From: Dehalococcoidia bacterium
Lineage (GTDB): Bacteria > Chloroflexota > Dehalococcoidia > Lucifugimonadales > UBA1123
Reading direction: 5' to 3'
NCBI GenBank assembly: GCA_965207355.1
Contig: OZ242284.1
Span: forward strand, 2,339,708 to 2,403,707
DNA length: 64,000 bases
The notes under the pieces are model-generated. The model ran no database searches. It was given only the letters and a program-made list of their open reading frames with translations, and had not been told where the DNA came from. Positions 19,329 through 28,184 of this stretch are shown here, piece after piece. Made by a program: the position numbers and the translations under genes. Each line of letters opens with the position of its first letter. Position 1 is the first letter of the stretch.

Positions 19329-20348
19329 CTACTTCAGCAGCAGGTCTCGTTCGAGAATCTCTTCGGCAATCTGGAGGGAATTCAGCGCGGCGCCCTTTCT
19401 CAGGTTGTCGCACGAAAGCCACATCGCAATGCCGTTATCGAGCGCGATGTCCTCACGAATGCGTCCGACGAACACATCATCCTGACCCTCGGCCTCGATG
19501 GGCGTAGGATACACGTTTGAGCCGGGGTCGTCCACCACGCGGATGCCGGGCGCTCCGGCCAGAATCTCGCGGACCTCACCGGGGCTGATGGCGTCGGAGA
19601 ACTCGACGTTCACCGCTTCGCTATGGCTGACGACCACGGGAACTCGGACGCAAGTGGATGAGACCCTGATGTCGGGTGCGTGCATTATCTTGCGCGTCTC
19701 GTTCTGCATCTTCATCTCTTCGTTGGTGTAGCCGTTGTCCCAGAATGGCTCGACATGCGGCAGAACGCTGAACGCTATCTGGTGCGGATACACTTCGGCG
19801 TTCGCCTCTTTGCCGGCGAGAATGTCGCCGGACTGGTCGCGGAGTTCCTGGGCGGCGGCGGCTCCCGTTCCGGTTACAGACTGGTAGGTGGCCGCGATGA
19901 CGCGCCTGACGGCGTTCTGCTCGTGCAGAGGCTTGAGCGCCATGACGAGTGGGGTCGTCGTACAGTTGGGTATGGAGACGATTCCTTCGTGGTAGTCGAG
20001 GTCGTCGCCGTTGACTTCAGGGACGACCAGCGGCACGTTGCCTTGCATTCGGAAGGCGGAGCTGTCGTCAATGGCTATCGCGCCGTTCTCGGCGGCCAGC
20101 GGGGCTAGTTCGCGGCTGATGGCCGTGGAGGCGGCGATGAAGGCGAAGTCAACTTCGGCGAGCAGTTCGGGCGTGGCGAGTTCGACCTCGATCTCCTCGC
20201 CCCTGAGCTTGAGTTTCTTGCCGACAGAACGCTCGGAGGCGCAGAGGCGAACGGACTTCAGCGGGAAGTCGCGCTCTTCGAGGATGTTGAGAAAGACCTG
20301 TCCGACGGCGCCTGTCGCGCCGACTATAGCGATGCTGCACTCGTTCAA
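19329..20348 (-). CDS. asd: Aspartate-semialdehyde dehydrogenase
   Basis: IVGATGAVGQ Rossmann motif and active-site IPNCTT. TTG start with a GGGAGA RBS. Confidence 0.9.
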   Translation of the reverse strand: MNECSIAIVGATGAVGQVFLNILEERDFPLKSVRLCASERSVGKKLKLRGEEIEVELATPELLAEVDFAFIAASTAISRELAPLAAENGAIAIDDSSAFRMQGNVPLVVPEVNGDDLDYHEGIVSIPNCTTTPLVMALKPLHEQNAVRRVIAATYQSVTGTGAAAAQELRDQSGDILAGKEANAEVYPHQIAFSVLPHVEPFWDNGYTNEEMKMQNETRKIMHAPDIRVSSTCVRVPVVVSHSEAVNVEFSDAISPGEVREILAGAPGIRVVDDPGSNVYPTPIEAEGQDDVFVGRIREDIALDNGIAMWLSCDNLRKGAALNSLQIAEEILERDLLLK

Positions 20349-20382
20349 CTTGATATTCTCCCATCGGCAAGATTTGGAAAAA

Positions 20383-20412
20383 ATGATAGCGGTTTGGCTG
20401 CAGGAGTATCAA
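20383..20412 (-). promoter_or_regulatory. Candidate sigma70-type promoter for asd-dapA
   Basis: On the minus strand, TTGATA-N18-TATCAT lies between the vapC stop and the asd start. Confidence 0.35.
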
Positions 20413-20437
20413 GGAATGGGATAGTTCCGAGCGGGAC

Positions 20438-20827
20438 CTACGCTGCCTGTATGAGTCTCAGGCCAGGGATGTTGATAAAATCCCTGTCAGCCGTAGCCAA
20501 CGGGCAGTTCAGCATCAGAGCGGTGGACGCTATCCAAGCGTCCGCCATCCCAAGTTCGCGTCCGACCGCCCTTCGTTCACTTCTCAGGCGAGCGCAAGAA
20601 TCTACCAAGTCAGGATCGGGCCAGATGACTTCGTATTGTTCCAAATACTCGGTGAGATCATCTTTTCGCCTGCTGCCCCAACTATCTCGGTAGGCCCCAT
20701 TCCAGATCTCTTCAAGGGTCTGAAATGAGATGAACGCGCGCTGTCCCTGTAGATGCTCCGTGTAGAATCGAGCCCTGCTGTCATTGTTGAAAATGTACGA
20801 TACGACATTGGTATCGAGGACTATCAA
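20438..20827 (-). CDS. vapC: PIN-domain toxin, VapC family
   Basis: MIVLDTNVVS, and conserved acidic residues in EEIW, ADAWIA and ATADRDF. Its TTG start overlaps the upstream ORF stop (TTGA). Lower GC than the neighbours. Confidence 0.8.
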   Translation of the reverse strand: MIVLDTNVVSYIFNNDSRARFYTEHLQGQRAFISFQTLEEIWNGAYRDSWGSRRKDDLTEYLEQYEVIWPDPDLVDSCARLRSERRAVGRELGMADAWIASTALMLNCPLATADRDFINIPGLRLIQAA

Positions 20828-21249
20828 CGTGAGTGGTCTCCCGTTCGGGCGTTGCGTCCTTCGTAGATGATGCGGAGAAATTCATCCACATCGAAGGGTT
20901 CGCTGGCGGTTACGAGATTGTCCAGGTCGAATATCTTTGGACTCGGATTATTACGGAACGCTTCCAGGTCAAAGGACTTTTTGCCGTAAGGCTCATCGTT
21001 CGCGCCTTTTACATGAACGCTCTCCCACCGATCATTCTCGTTGATGACGCCGCGTCCCTCGACCTCAATGAATCTGTTCCTATACCGAATCATCTTATGA
21101 TCCAGCTTTGCGTCGAAGTGAAGAGGAACAGGTTTTTCGTTATACCGGTGCAGTTCCGCCGTCCGGTATCTAAGGCTCACGTTCTTCAAGCGCCCGTGCA
21201 GCAGCGCGGGCTGCGATCCGTCCTGTTTATGGCTATCCCGTTTATTCAT
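20824..21249 (-). CDS. Hypothetical protein, putative atypical antitoxin partner of VapC
   Basis: ATG 21249 is preceded by a GGAGGTGG RBS. A longer form starts at 21303 and overlaps the dapB stop (ATGA). No recognisable DNA-binding motif. The acidic C-terminal segment (FDLDNLVTASEPFDVDEFLRIIYEGR) resembles toxin-binding tails of short antitoxins. Confidence 0.45.
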   Translation of the reverse strand: MNKRDSHKQDGSQPALLHGRLKNVSLRYRTAELHRYNEKPVPLHFDAKLDHKMIRYRNRFIEVEGRGVINENDRWESVHVKGANDEPYGKKSFDLEAFRNNPSPKIFDLDNLVTASEPFDVDEFLRIIYEGRNARTGDHSR

Positions 21250-21299
21250 CTTCCACCTCCGTTCCCCGCGCCGGAGCGCATTTATCCCCTCGCGCGAGC

Positions 21300-22094
21300 T
21301 CATGCCAATCCCATTATGTTCTCCAGGCCGATGGTGAGCCCGCTGCGGTTGACCACTTCGCGTATGGCCATGGTTACGCCGGGCATGAAGCTCTCGCGGT
21401 TCATGGAGTCGTGGCGGATGGTGAGCGTCTGTCCGAGCGCGCCGAATACCAACTGGTGGTGGGCCACCAGACCTGCCATCCTCGCGCTGTGGACGCTGAC
21501 GCCCTGGAAGTCGCCTCCGCGCGGACCGGCGATCAGCTCCTTTTCGGCCCTGACGTTGGTAAACTCGCCGCCCTTGCCCTCAACCGCAGCCATGGCGATA
21601 GCAAGAGCCGTTCCCGACGGGGCGTCTATCTTGGCCTCGTGATGCATTTCGGTGAGGTCGGCGTAGTCGAAGAACTGGGACGCTATCTTGGCCAGGTGGA
21701 TCATTATCACGGCGCCCATCGCGAAGTTCGGAGCGATTATGATTCCCACCGAGTGGTCGTTTGCGAGCTCTTCCGCCTCCTGGTAGTCGGAAACGGAGAG
21801 GCCGGTCGAGCCCACGACCACGTTCACTTTGTAAGCGGCGGCCGCTCTTATCACGCACATAGCTCCGTCGGCGCTGGAAAAGTCCACGACGACATCAGCG
21901 CCCGACAACACGTCAGTGATATTGTCGGAAATGGGCACACTGCCGGAACCGTCCGGCAGCGAAATCTGGCCGGGCTCGGCCATCCCGTCAGCCGCGCCGA
22001 CAGGGTTCATGTCGGGCGCGCCGGAGACGGCGCGGAGGACCTCCTGCCCCATCTTTCCCAACGCTCCGTGTACGGCGACATTTATGGATGACAT
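21300..22094 (-). CDS. dapB: 4-hydroxy-tetrahydrodipicolinate reductase
   Basis: VAVHGALGKMGQEV and EMHHEAKIDAPSGTA (compare E. coli EAHHRHKVDAPSGTA). Confidence 0.9.
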   Translation of the reverse strand: MSSINVAVHGALGKMGQEVLRAVSGAPDMNPVGAADGMAEPGQISLPDGSGSVPISDNITDVLSGADVVVDFSSADGAMCVIRAAAAYKVNVVVGSTGLSVSDYQEAEELANDHSVGIIIAPNFAMGAVIMIHLAKIASQFFDYADLTEMHHEAKIDAPSGTALAIAMAAVEGKGGEFTNVRAEKELIAGPRGGDFQGVSVHSARMAGLVAHHQLVFGALGQTLTIRHDSMNRESFMPGVTMAIREVVNRSGLTIGLENIMGLA

Positions 22095-22197
22095 GAGATA
22101 CCTCCTCAGATGAGTCTATCTATGCAGTATATCAGCAAGAGGGCGGCTGATTAGGCCGCCCTCGCTTAGTTACTCGGATGCTTTTGGTGAGTACAGG

Positions 22198-24582
22198 CTA
22201 GTCGCGATACCCTCTGCCCTCGCTTCTGCCCCTGCCTCTTCCACCGCCTCCACCGCGATAGCCGCCTCGGTCGCCGCCGTCGCGGTCACGGTCCCTGCCG
22301 CCGCGATAGCCTCCCCGGTCGCCACGGTCGCGGTCTCTGCCGCCACGGAAGCCGGAGCGGTCATCGCCCCTGTTCCTGCCGCCGCCGCGATAGCCTCCCC
22401 GGTCTCCGTCACGGTCGCCGCCTCTGCCGCGACCTCTGTCCGGGCCATTTCTGCGCCCGCCGCCGCGACCGGCTCGCTGCCGCGCGCGCGCCGCCTCGAG
22501 TGGGTCTTCGTCGCCGTCGCCGAGAAGAGCCCTGCGAGACAGACGGACACGTCCGGTAGAGTCAACTTCGATCACCATGACGGTAACCTCGTCTCCAACG
22601 TTCACTTCGTCCTCTACTGAGGGCACGCGGTAGTTCGCAAGTTCGCTGATGTGGACCATGCCGTCCTTGCCGGGAAGAAGCTCGATGAATGCGCCGAAGT
22701 CCGTTGTGCGAACAACCTTGCCGGTGTAGATTTCGCCGATCTCGATCTCGCGTGTGAGATCCCTGATCATCTGGATCGCCTTATCGGAGGCGCTTCCTTC
22801 GCTCGAACCGATGATAATGGTCCCGTCGTCCTGTATGTCAACTATCGCGCCCGTCTCCTCCACTATGCCGCGAATGGTCTTGCCGCCCGGCCCTATGACC
22901 GTGCCGATCTTGTCCACGGCTATCTGAATAGACTCCATGCGCGGAGCGTATTGGCTCAGCTCGGTCCTGTATGAGGGGATTGTCTCGTGGATGTTCTCCA
23001 GGATCACGGCGCGCGCTTCCTTGGCCTGCCGAAGCGCGTCGTATATCACGTCATAGCCGATGCTCTTGACCTTGATGTCGAGCTGTATGGCCGTAATGCC
23101 CTCGGTGGTCCCGGCGACCTTGAAGTCCATGTCGCCAAGGTGGTCTTCCTTGCCCTGGATGTCGGTGAGCGTTACGTATCTACCACCCTCTCCAGTTACG
23201 AGGCCGATGGATATGCCGGCGACCGGCGCCTTTATCGGGACTCCGGCGTCCATGAGCGCGAGGGTGCTGGCGCACACCGTTCCCATCGAGGTGGACCCAT
23301 TGGAGCTAAGACACTCGCCCACCACTCGAATCGTGTAGGGGAACTCCTCCTCGCTCGGTATGACTGAGAACAGCGCCCTCTCGGCCAATGCTCCGTGTCC
23401 TATCTCGCGCCGCCCGGTAGAGCGTATGGGCCGCGCCTCGCCGGTAGAAAACGGCGGGAAGTTGTAGTGGAGCATGAATCGTTTTGTCTCTTCCGGCGTG
23501 AGATTGTCGAGCTTCTGGACATCTCCAACCGAGCCGAGCGTACAGATGCCAAGCACCTGCGTCTCGCCTCTCGTAAACAGGCCCGTGCCATGAGTACGTG
23601 GAAGCAGACTCACCTCGCTGGATATGGGACGAATCTCGTCTAGCGAACGACCGTCGGGCCGCTCACTATTCTCCAACACCCTCTGCTTGAAGGCGGCTTC
23701 CATAGCCTCGTCCAGGGCCGTTTCTATCTCCTGAGACTGGTAATCTTCGCTGTACTTCTCGTTGATTCCGGTCTCTATCTCGGAGACCTTCTCATCGCTT
23801 TCGTCGGAAGGCAGTCCGAGAGCTTCATTTAATGAGCCCGCGACTTCCTCTATCACCTTTTCGGTCAAGTCGGCGTTGTAGCCCCTGGGAACGTACACCA
23901 TCGGCGGCTTGCCGTGAGCTTCGGCAAGCTCTTCCTGGAGTTCAATCCCGTACAGGTTCATCTCCTGCGCGTACTCGATGGCCTGCTGGACCACATCCTC
24001 GGAAACCTCGCTGGCGCCGGCTTCCATCATGATGACGCCGGAGCGAGAACCCGCCACAACAAGGTCAAGCGTACTGCGGTTGATTTCTTCGTAGGTCGGG
24101 TTGACGACAAACTCGCCGTCCAGGTATCCGATACGTGTCGCCGCTATGGGACCCTCGAAAGGAATGTCGGATACTGTCAATGCTGCGGATGCGCTTGTGA
24201 CGGCGGTGATGTCGTAGGGGTTGACGGTATCTATCGAGAGGGGGGTGATGATTAGCTGGACTTCGTTCTTGAAGTCCTTGGGGAACAGTGGTCTGATTGG
24301 TCGATCCGTAAGGCGCGCTATCAGGATCGAGGGAGTAGAGGGTCGCCCCTCCCGCTTGTGAAAGCTTCCCGGAATCTTGCCTCTGGCGTACAGTCGTTCC
24401 TCAACGTCCACCGTCAGCGGGAAGAAGTCTATTCCCTCCCTGGGGGACGAGGACGTCGCGGTCACCAGAAGAACGTTGTCATGGTGTCTTACGAGGACCG
24501 ATCCATTGGCCTTTTGCGCCAGCTTGCCGTATTCGAATGAGAGCGTTCCGCTCCCAATGTCGGTTTGAAAGGGGGTTGTCAT
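22198..24582 (-). CDS. pnp: Polyribonucleotide nucleotidyltransferase (PNPase) with C-terminal RGG-rich extension
   Basis: Two RNase PH domains (FPPFSTGE), a KH domain and an S1 domain ([20 protein letters not shown]). The start at 24582 has an AGGAGG RBS 10 nt upstream. The ORF-track start at 24615 has no RBS. Confidence 0.95.
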   Translation of the reverse strand: MTTPFQTDIGSGTLSFEYGKLAQKANGSVLVRHHDNVLLVTATSSSPREGIDFFPLTVDVEERLYARGKIPGSFHKREGRPSTPSILIARLTDRPIRPLFPKDFKNEVQLIITPLSIDTVNPYDITAVTSASAALTVSDIPFEGPIAATRIGYLDGEFVVNPTYEEINRSTLDLVVAGSRSGVIMMEAGASEVSEDVVQQAIEYAQEMNLYGIELQEELAEAHGKPPMVYVPRGYNADLTEKVIEEVAGSLNEALGLPSDESDEKVSEIETGINEKYSEDYQSQEIETALDEAMEAAFKQRVLENSERPDGRSLDEIRPISSEVSLLPRTHGTGLFTRGETQVLGICTLGSVGDVQKLDNLTPEETKRFMLHYNFPPFSTGEARPIRSTGRREIGHGALAERALFSVIPSEEEFPYTIRVVGECLSSNGSTSMGTVCASTLALMDAGVPIKAPVAGISIGLVTGEGGRYVTLTDIQGKEDHLGDMDFKVAGTTEGITAIQLDIKVKSIGYDVIYDALRQAKEARAVILENIHETIPSYRTELSQYAPRMESIQIAVDKIGTVIGPGGKTIRGIVEETGAIVDIQDDGTIIIGSSEGSASDKAIQMIRDLTREIEIGEIYTGKVVRTTDFGAFIELLPGKDGMVHISELANYRVPSVEDEVNVGDEVTVMVIEVDSTGRVRLSRRALLGDGDEDPLEAARARQRAGRGGGRRNGPDRGRGRGGDRDGDRGGYRGGGRNRGDDRSGFRGGRDRDRGDRGGYRGGRDRDRDGGDRGGYRGGGGGRGRGRSEGRGYRD

Positions 24583-24620
24583 TAACTCAATGCCTCCTAT
24601 GTGCGTGGAACCCATAGGAA

Positions 24621-24647
24621 GAAGAAAAGCGCCCTGTGCGCGGGCGC
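24621..24647 (-). terminator. Intrinsic terminator/attenuator between rpsO and pnp
   Basis: On the minus strand, GCGCCC-N7-GGGCGC is followed by TTTTCTTC. It sits 13 nt after the rpsO stop, the same position as the classical rpsO-pnp attenuator. Confidence 0.6.
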
Positions 24648-24659
24648 CGTGAAGTGGGA

Positions 24660-24923
24660 CTATCCTCTCAGGCCGAGCCTGGAGATAAGCGTTCTGTAAC
24701 GGCCTACGTCCTCGCTGTTGAGGTAGCGCAGTAATCTCCTGCGCCGGCCTACCATCTTGAGGAGTCCACGACGTGTGGACTCATCGTGCTTGTTTTCTCT
24801 CAAGTGCTGGGTCAGACGATTTATTCGGGCCGAAAGCAAGGCCACCTGAACCTCGGTGGAACCTGTGTCGTTATCGCTCGTCTTGTACTCAGTGATTATG
24901 GCCTGCTTCTCAGCCGCGTCCAA
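24660..24923 (-). CDS. rpsO: 30S ribosomal protein S15
   Basis: 87 aa, with [48 protein letters not shown]. Confidence 0.95.
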   Translation of the reverse strand: MDAAEKQAIITEYKTSDNDTGSTEVQVALLSARINRLTQHLRENKHDESTRRGLLKMVGRRRRLLRYLNSEDVGRYRTLISRLGLRG

Positions 24924-25178
24924 TCCCGTCTCCTGGGTTCCTAATCTTTTCTTTATTTTCTTTTCTTCTTCGCCATTGAGTTTAGCACGCCGCGTTATGA
25001 TTCTTCAAACGAGTCTTTGCCCTGTTTGGGCAGCGTCGCAGCGTGTTCCGCCTCGCAGAGCGAGTCGTACTCGCCGATCTTCAGGCTGCCCGGCTGTCGA
25101 ACGCCGAACGGACGCAGAATCAGCGACAACTGCCACGCTTTTCTGGATATGGCGGTGAACATAAGCTCTTCTGTCAAT

Positions 25179-26099
25179 CTATCCGATATCTGCAAGGAAT
25201 TCAGACACCGCTCTCTCGAAGCCGGACGGGTTGTCTCCCATGACTAGATGCCCTGCGTTCTCGACCGTCGCCAACCGTCCGTTGGGGATGCGCTCGTGCA
25301 TATTGCCCGCCGTATCCAGCGCGATGATGTCACTCAGCGCACCGCGCACGACAAGGGTAGGGCAGGTGAGGCTTTCGAGGTACCCCCACAGGCGCGCTGT
25401 CATTTCGGGGTCCTGCTGGAATCTGCGACCTCCGGGCTGTCGGAAGCGCTTGTCGTACTTCCAGGTCCATTTGCCGTTCGGAAGCTGCTTGAGATTGTGC
25501 AAAATAGAGCCGCGCACCTGCACCGGGTCGCGCCGTGGGTTGAACTTGAGCACCCGCTGAACGAAGTCGTCCACAGAGTCGAGTTCGTCTTCCTGCTGCA
25601 CGAAGTTGCGTATGTTCTGAGAACCGGACCGCATATTCTGAGGACCGGCGTCCACGATCACCAGCGCCCGAATGTCGTCCGGGTGATTGGCCGCATAGGT
25701 GAACGAGTTGCGACCTCCCATCGAGAGACCCATCAGGACGAAGTCCTTCAGTCCGATGGCCTTCACAACGGCGGCGATGTCCTCCTGCTGTGTTTCGGGA
25801 GAGTAGTCGCCCTCCTCCGACCAGTCGCTGTCGCCATGTCCGCGCTGGTCGAGAGAGACGACGTGGAACCTGTCGCAGAAAGCGAGGGCCGTGAAGTCCC
25901 AGGAGTGGCAGGTCTGGGCAAAGCCGTGCAGAAGCAGCATATCGGGCGCGCTGGGGTTGCCCCAGTCGAGGTAGTGGAATCTCAAGCCGTTGGCCTCGAC
26001 GAATCTGTCCTCAGGCACGGCCTCGCGCTCGAAGGTCACGCCTTGAGCTCGGGCGGCGTCGTGAAGAGATAGTCCCCGGTTCTCTGATGTTGTCGTCAA
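25179..26099 (-). CDS. Alpha/beta hydrolase
   Basis: HG oxyanion motif (LLLHGFAQT), nucleophile elbow GLSMGG, and C-terminal His (NAGHLV). Confidence 0.8.
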   Translation of the reverse strand: MTTTSENRGLSLHDAARAQGVTFEREAVPEDRFVEANGLRFHYLDWGNPSAPDMLLLHGFAQTCHSWDFTALAFCDRFHVVSLDQRGHGDSDWSEEGDYSPETQQEDIAAVVKAIGLKDFVLMGLSMGGRNSFTYAANHPDDIRALVIVDAGPQNMRSGSQNIRNFVQQEDELDSVDDFVQRVLKFNPRRDPVQVRGSILHNLKQLPNGKWTWKYDKRFRQPGGRRFQQDPEMTARLWGYLESLTCPTLVVRGALSDIIALDTAGNMHERIPNGRLATVENAGHLVMGDNPSGFERAVSEFLADIG

Positions 26100-26127
26100 C
26101 TTTTCATCTCCGATTCATTCTTTTTCA

Positions 26128-27549
26128 CTATTCGGCGTTCAAAATAGGACGTCGCGTATGCCACTCCGTCGCCTGTTCGTAAGCGTGAGCCGCCCGCAAG
26201 ACTGTCGCCTCATACCACTGTCTTCCGGCAAGCTGCATCCCGATTGGCATACCATCCGAGGTGAAACCGCATGGGACGGAAATCGTGGGCTGCCCGGTCA
26301 GGTTGAAGGGACGAGTGAGCCGTGACATCAGAGACAGCGCGTTTTCCTGTTTTCCGCCTACTTCGACAAACTCCTGGTCTATTCCTGTAGCTCCGACAGC
26401 GACCGAGGGAGCGAGAAGCAGGTCATACTTCTGCATCGCCTCTTCAAGCTGTGCGTTGTACGCGCTTCGCGCCCGCTGAGCCTTGATGTAGTCAACCGCT
26501 GGTGTCACCGCTCCGAGATGAAGACGAGCGCGAACGTCTGCGCCTATGTCCTCAGGACGGTCCCTGAGCTTGTCGAAAACGGTCTCCGCAGCTTCGGTGA
26601 CGAGTATCGCGCTCGATATTCCAAGCGCGTGATTCAGCGCAGGTATCGAGCATCTCTCGACCTCGGCGCCGAGTTCCGAGAGCACTCCTGCCGCCCTGCA
26701 CACCGCCTCGGCTACTTCCGGCGCTATGACGTCGTAGAAGAAGTCGTCCGGGATGCCTATGCGCAGCCCCGATATTCCATCTTCTATTCCTTCGGTGAAA
26801 TCCTCAGTTGGAACGTTGGCCGACGACGGGTCGCGTGGATCGTATCCCGCTATCGCGTTTAGAACTGTCGCCGAGTCCCTGACAGTGCGAGTCATAGGCC
26901 CCACGGTGTCCAGGCTCCAGGACAGCGGATATACCCCGTGCCTCGACACTCTGCCGAAGTTCGGCTTGAGCCCAACGATTCCGCAGAGCCCGCCGGGTAT
27001 CCTGATCGAGCCGCCCGTGTCGCTGCCCAGCGCAGCCATACACTGACCCGCGGCTACCGCCGATCCCGACCCACCGCTCGAGCCTCCTGTAATCCTGTCC
27101 GGATTCCACGGGTTGCGAGCGGGGCCGTCGTGTGGGTTGACGCTGGTCGCGCCCAGCGCGAACTCGTGCATCTGTAGCTTGCCCATCAGTATCGCGCCCG
27201 CGTCAGCGAACTTCTTGGTAACCGCCGCGTCGTAGTCGGGAACGAAGTCGCGCAGTATCTTGGTGCCGGCGGTTGTGCGGATGCCTTTGGTGAAGTAAAG
27301 GTCTTTCAGGCCGATTGGGATGCCGTGCAGAGGGCCTCTGTATTCGCCGTTCGCTATCTCTCGCTCCGCCGCCTCAGCGCTACGCGCGGCTTCCTCGGAC
27401 AGCAGCGTTATGAAGGCGTTCAGAGTAGGTTCGGTTCGCTCGATGCGCTCCAAGTGTGCCCTCGTGAGTTCAACCGGGGATAGCTGACCCGACTCAATCA
27501 GACTGGCGGCCTCTGAAATAGGCAGGAAGCAGAGTTCGTCGGCGTTCAT
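26128..27549 (-). CDS. Amidase signature family enzyme (GatA/AtzE-like)
   Basis: GGSSGGSGSAVAAG amidase signature and a conserved Lys/Ser-cisSer context (GIPIGLKD). Confidence 0.85.
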   Translation of the reverse strand: MNADELCFLPISEAASLIESGQLSPVELTRAHLERIERTEPTLNAFITLLSEEAARSAEAAEREIANGEYRGPLHGIPIGLKDLYFTKGIRTTAGTKILRDFVPDYDAAVTKKFADAGAILMGKLQMHEFALGATSVNPHDGPARNPWNPDRITGGSSGGSGSAVAAGQCMAALGSDTGGSIRIPGGLCGIVGLKPNFGRVSRHGVYPLSWSLDTVGPMTRTVRDSATVLNAIAGYDPRDPSSANVPTEDFTEGIEDGISGLRIGIPDDFFYDVIAPEVAEAVCRAAGVLSELGAEVERCSIPALNHALGISSAILVTEAAETVFDKLRDRPEDIGADVRARLHLGAVTPAVDYIKAQRARSAYNAQLEEAMQKYDLLLAPSVAVGATGIDQEFVEVGGKQENALSLMSRLTRPFNLTGQPTISVPCGFTSDGMPIGMQLAGRQWYEATVLRAAHAYEQATEWHTRRPILNAE

Positions 27550-27752
27550 TGGTTGTCGCCTTTCCGGTGCGCGTGTCCGAACGTGATGGCAGGCTCATGG
27601 GATGCAAGATCGAATTCATCCAGCGCATCTACATCGTTGAGAGCGGCCCTGGTCCGTTCGACCAGGCTTTCGAGTTCGGCCCCTTCTATATCTAGGCCGA
27701 TAATCTGGGCCTGCGCTCTCAGAGTCTCTTGCGATATATCTCGTGTTGGCAT
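27546..27752 (-). CDS. Small GatC/AtzG-like partner protein of the amidase
   Basis: 68 aa, helical and acidic. Its stop overlaps the amidase ATG (ATGA at 27546-27549). Size and position match GatC/AtzG-type subunits. Confidence 0.45.
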   Translation of the reverse strand: MPTRDISQETLRAQAQIIGLDIEGAELESLVERTRAALNDVDALDEFDLASHEPAITFGHAHRKGDNQ

Positions 27753-27841
27753 CTTGGAGGCTCTCCGGGGGCGGTCTCTTTGACATGGCTGGCGGCATTG
27801 TACATTGGAATTTTACAGAAGTCGCCCATGGTGAGAAAGTG

Positions 27842-27993
27842 CTCAGGGTCTTTTCATCATTTGGGTGTCAACAGAGCCATCCGTTCGTGGTGACCCTTCG
27901 ACAAGCTCAGTACGAACCATGAACGGACGGCCCTTCGACAGGCTCAGGGCGAACGAGGGATCGGAGACGAGGCGAAAACGAAAAGACCTTGAG
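27842..27993. repeat. MITE-like element M1, copy B
   Basis: Terminal inverted repeats CTCAGGGTCTTTTCA (27842-27856) and CGAAAAGACCTTGAG (27979-27993). Same internal sequence as copy A apart from a 13-bp sub-repeat. Confidence 0.7.
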
Positions 27994-28184
27994 AAAGCAT
28001 AGAGCAATTCCCGATTCAGCTACCCCCTTCCACATTCCGCAATATGTGGTATATTTGCCTTAAATATAATGCGGACTACGTACCGATTCCATCCGTTAGC
28101 GGGGACTCATATCCGAGAATCCCGACGGGGCGGCGGAAACGTAACAGAAAGCACAATTTACAAAGCGTGTAGAGGGAGGCGCAG

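Noticed and set aside
20833-21642. 269-aa plus-strand ORF across the TA partner and dapB
   Set aside because: It is antisense to dapB, whose motifs are unambiguous, and has no motifs of its own.
22170-22565. 131-aa Ala/Thr/Glu-rich ORF overlapping the 3' end of pnp
   Set aside because: It is an alternative frame of the repetitive RGG-encoding DNA. It has no independent start signals.
24583-24615. 11-codon upstream extension of pnp
   Set aside because: There is no RBS before 24615. A strong AGGAGG precedes ATG 24582, and that N-terminus aligns better with canonical PNPase starts.
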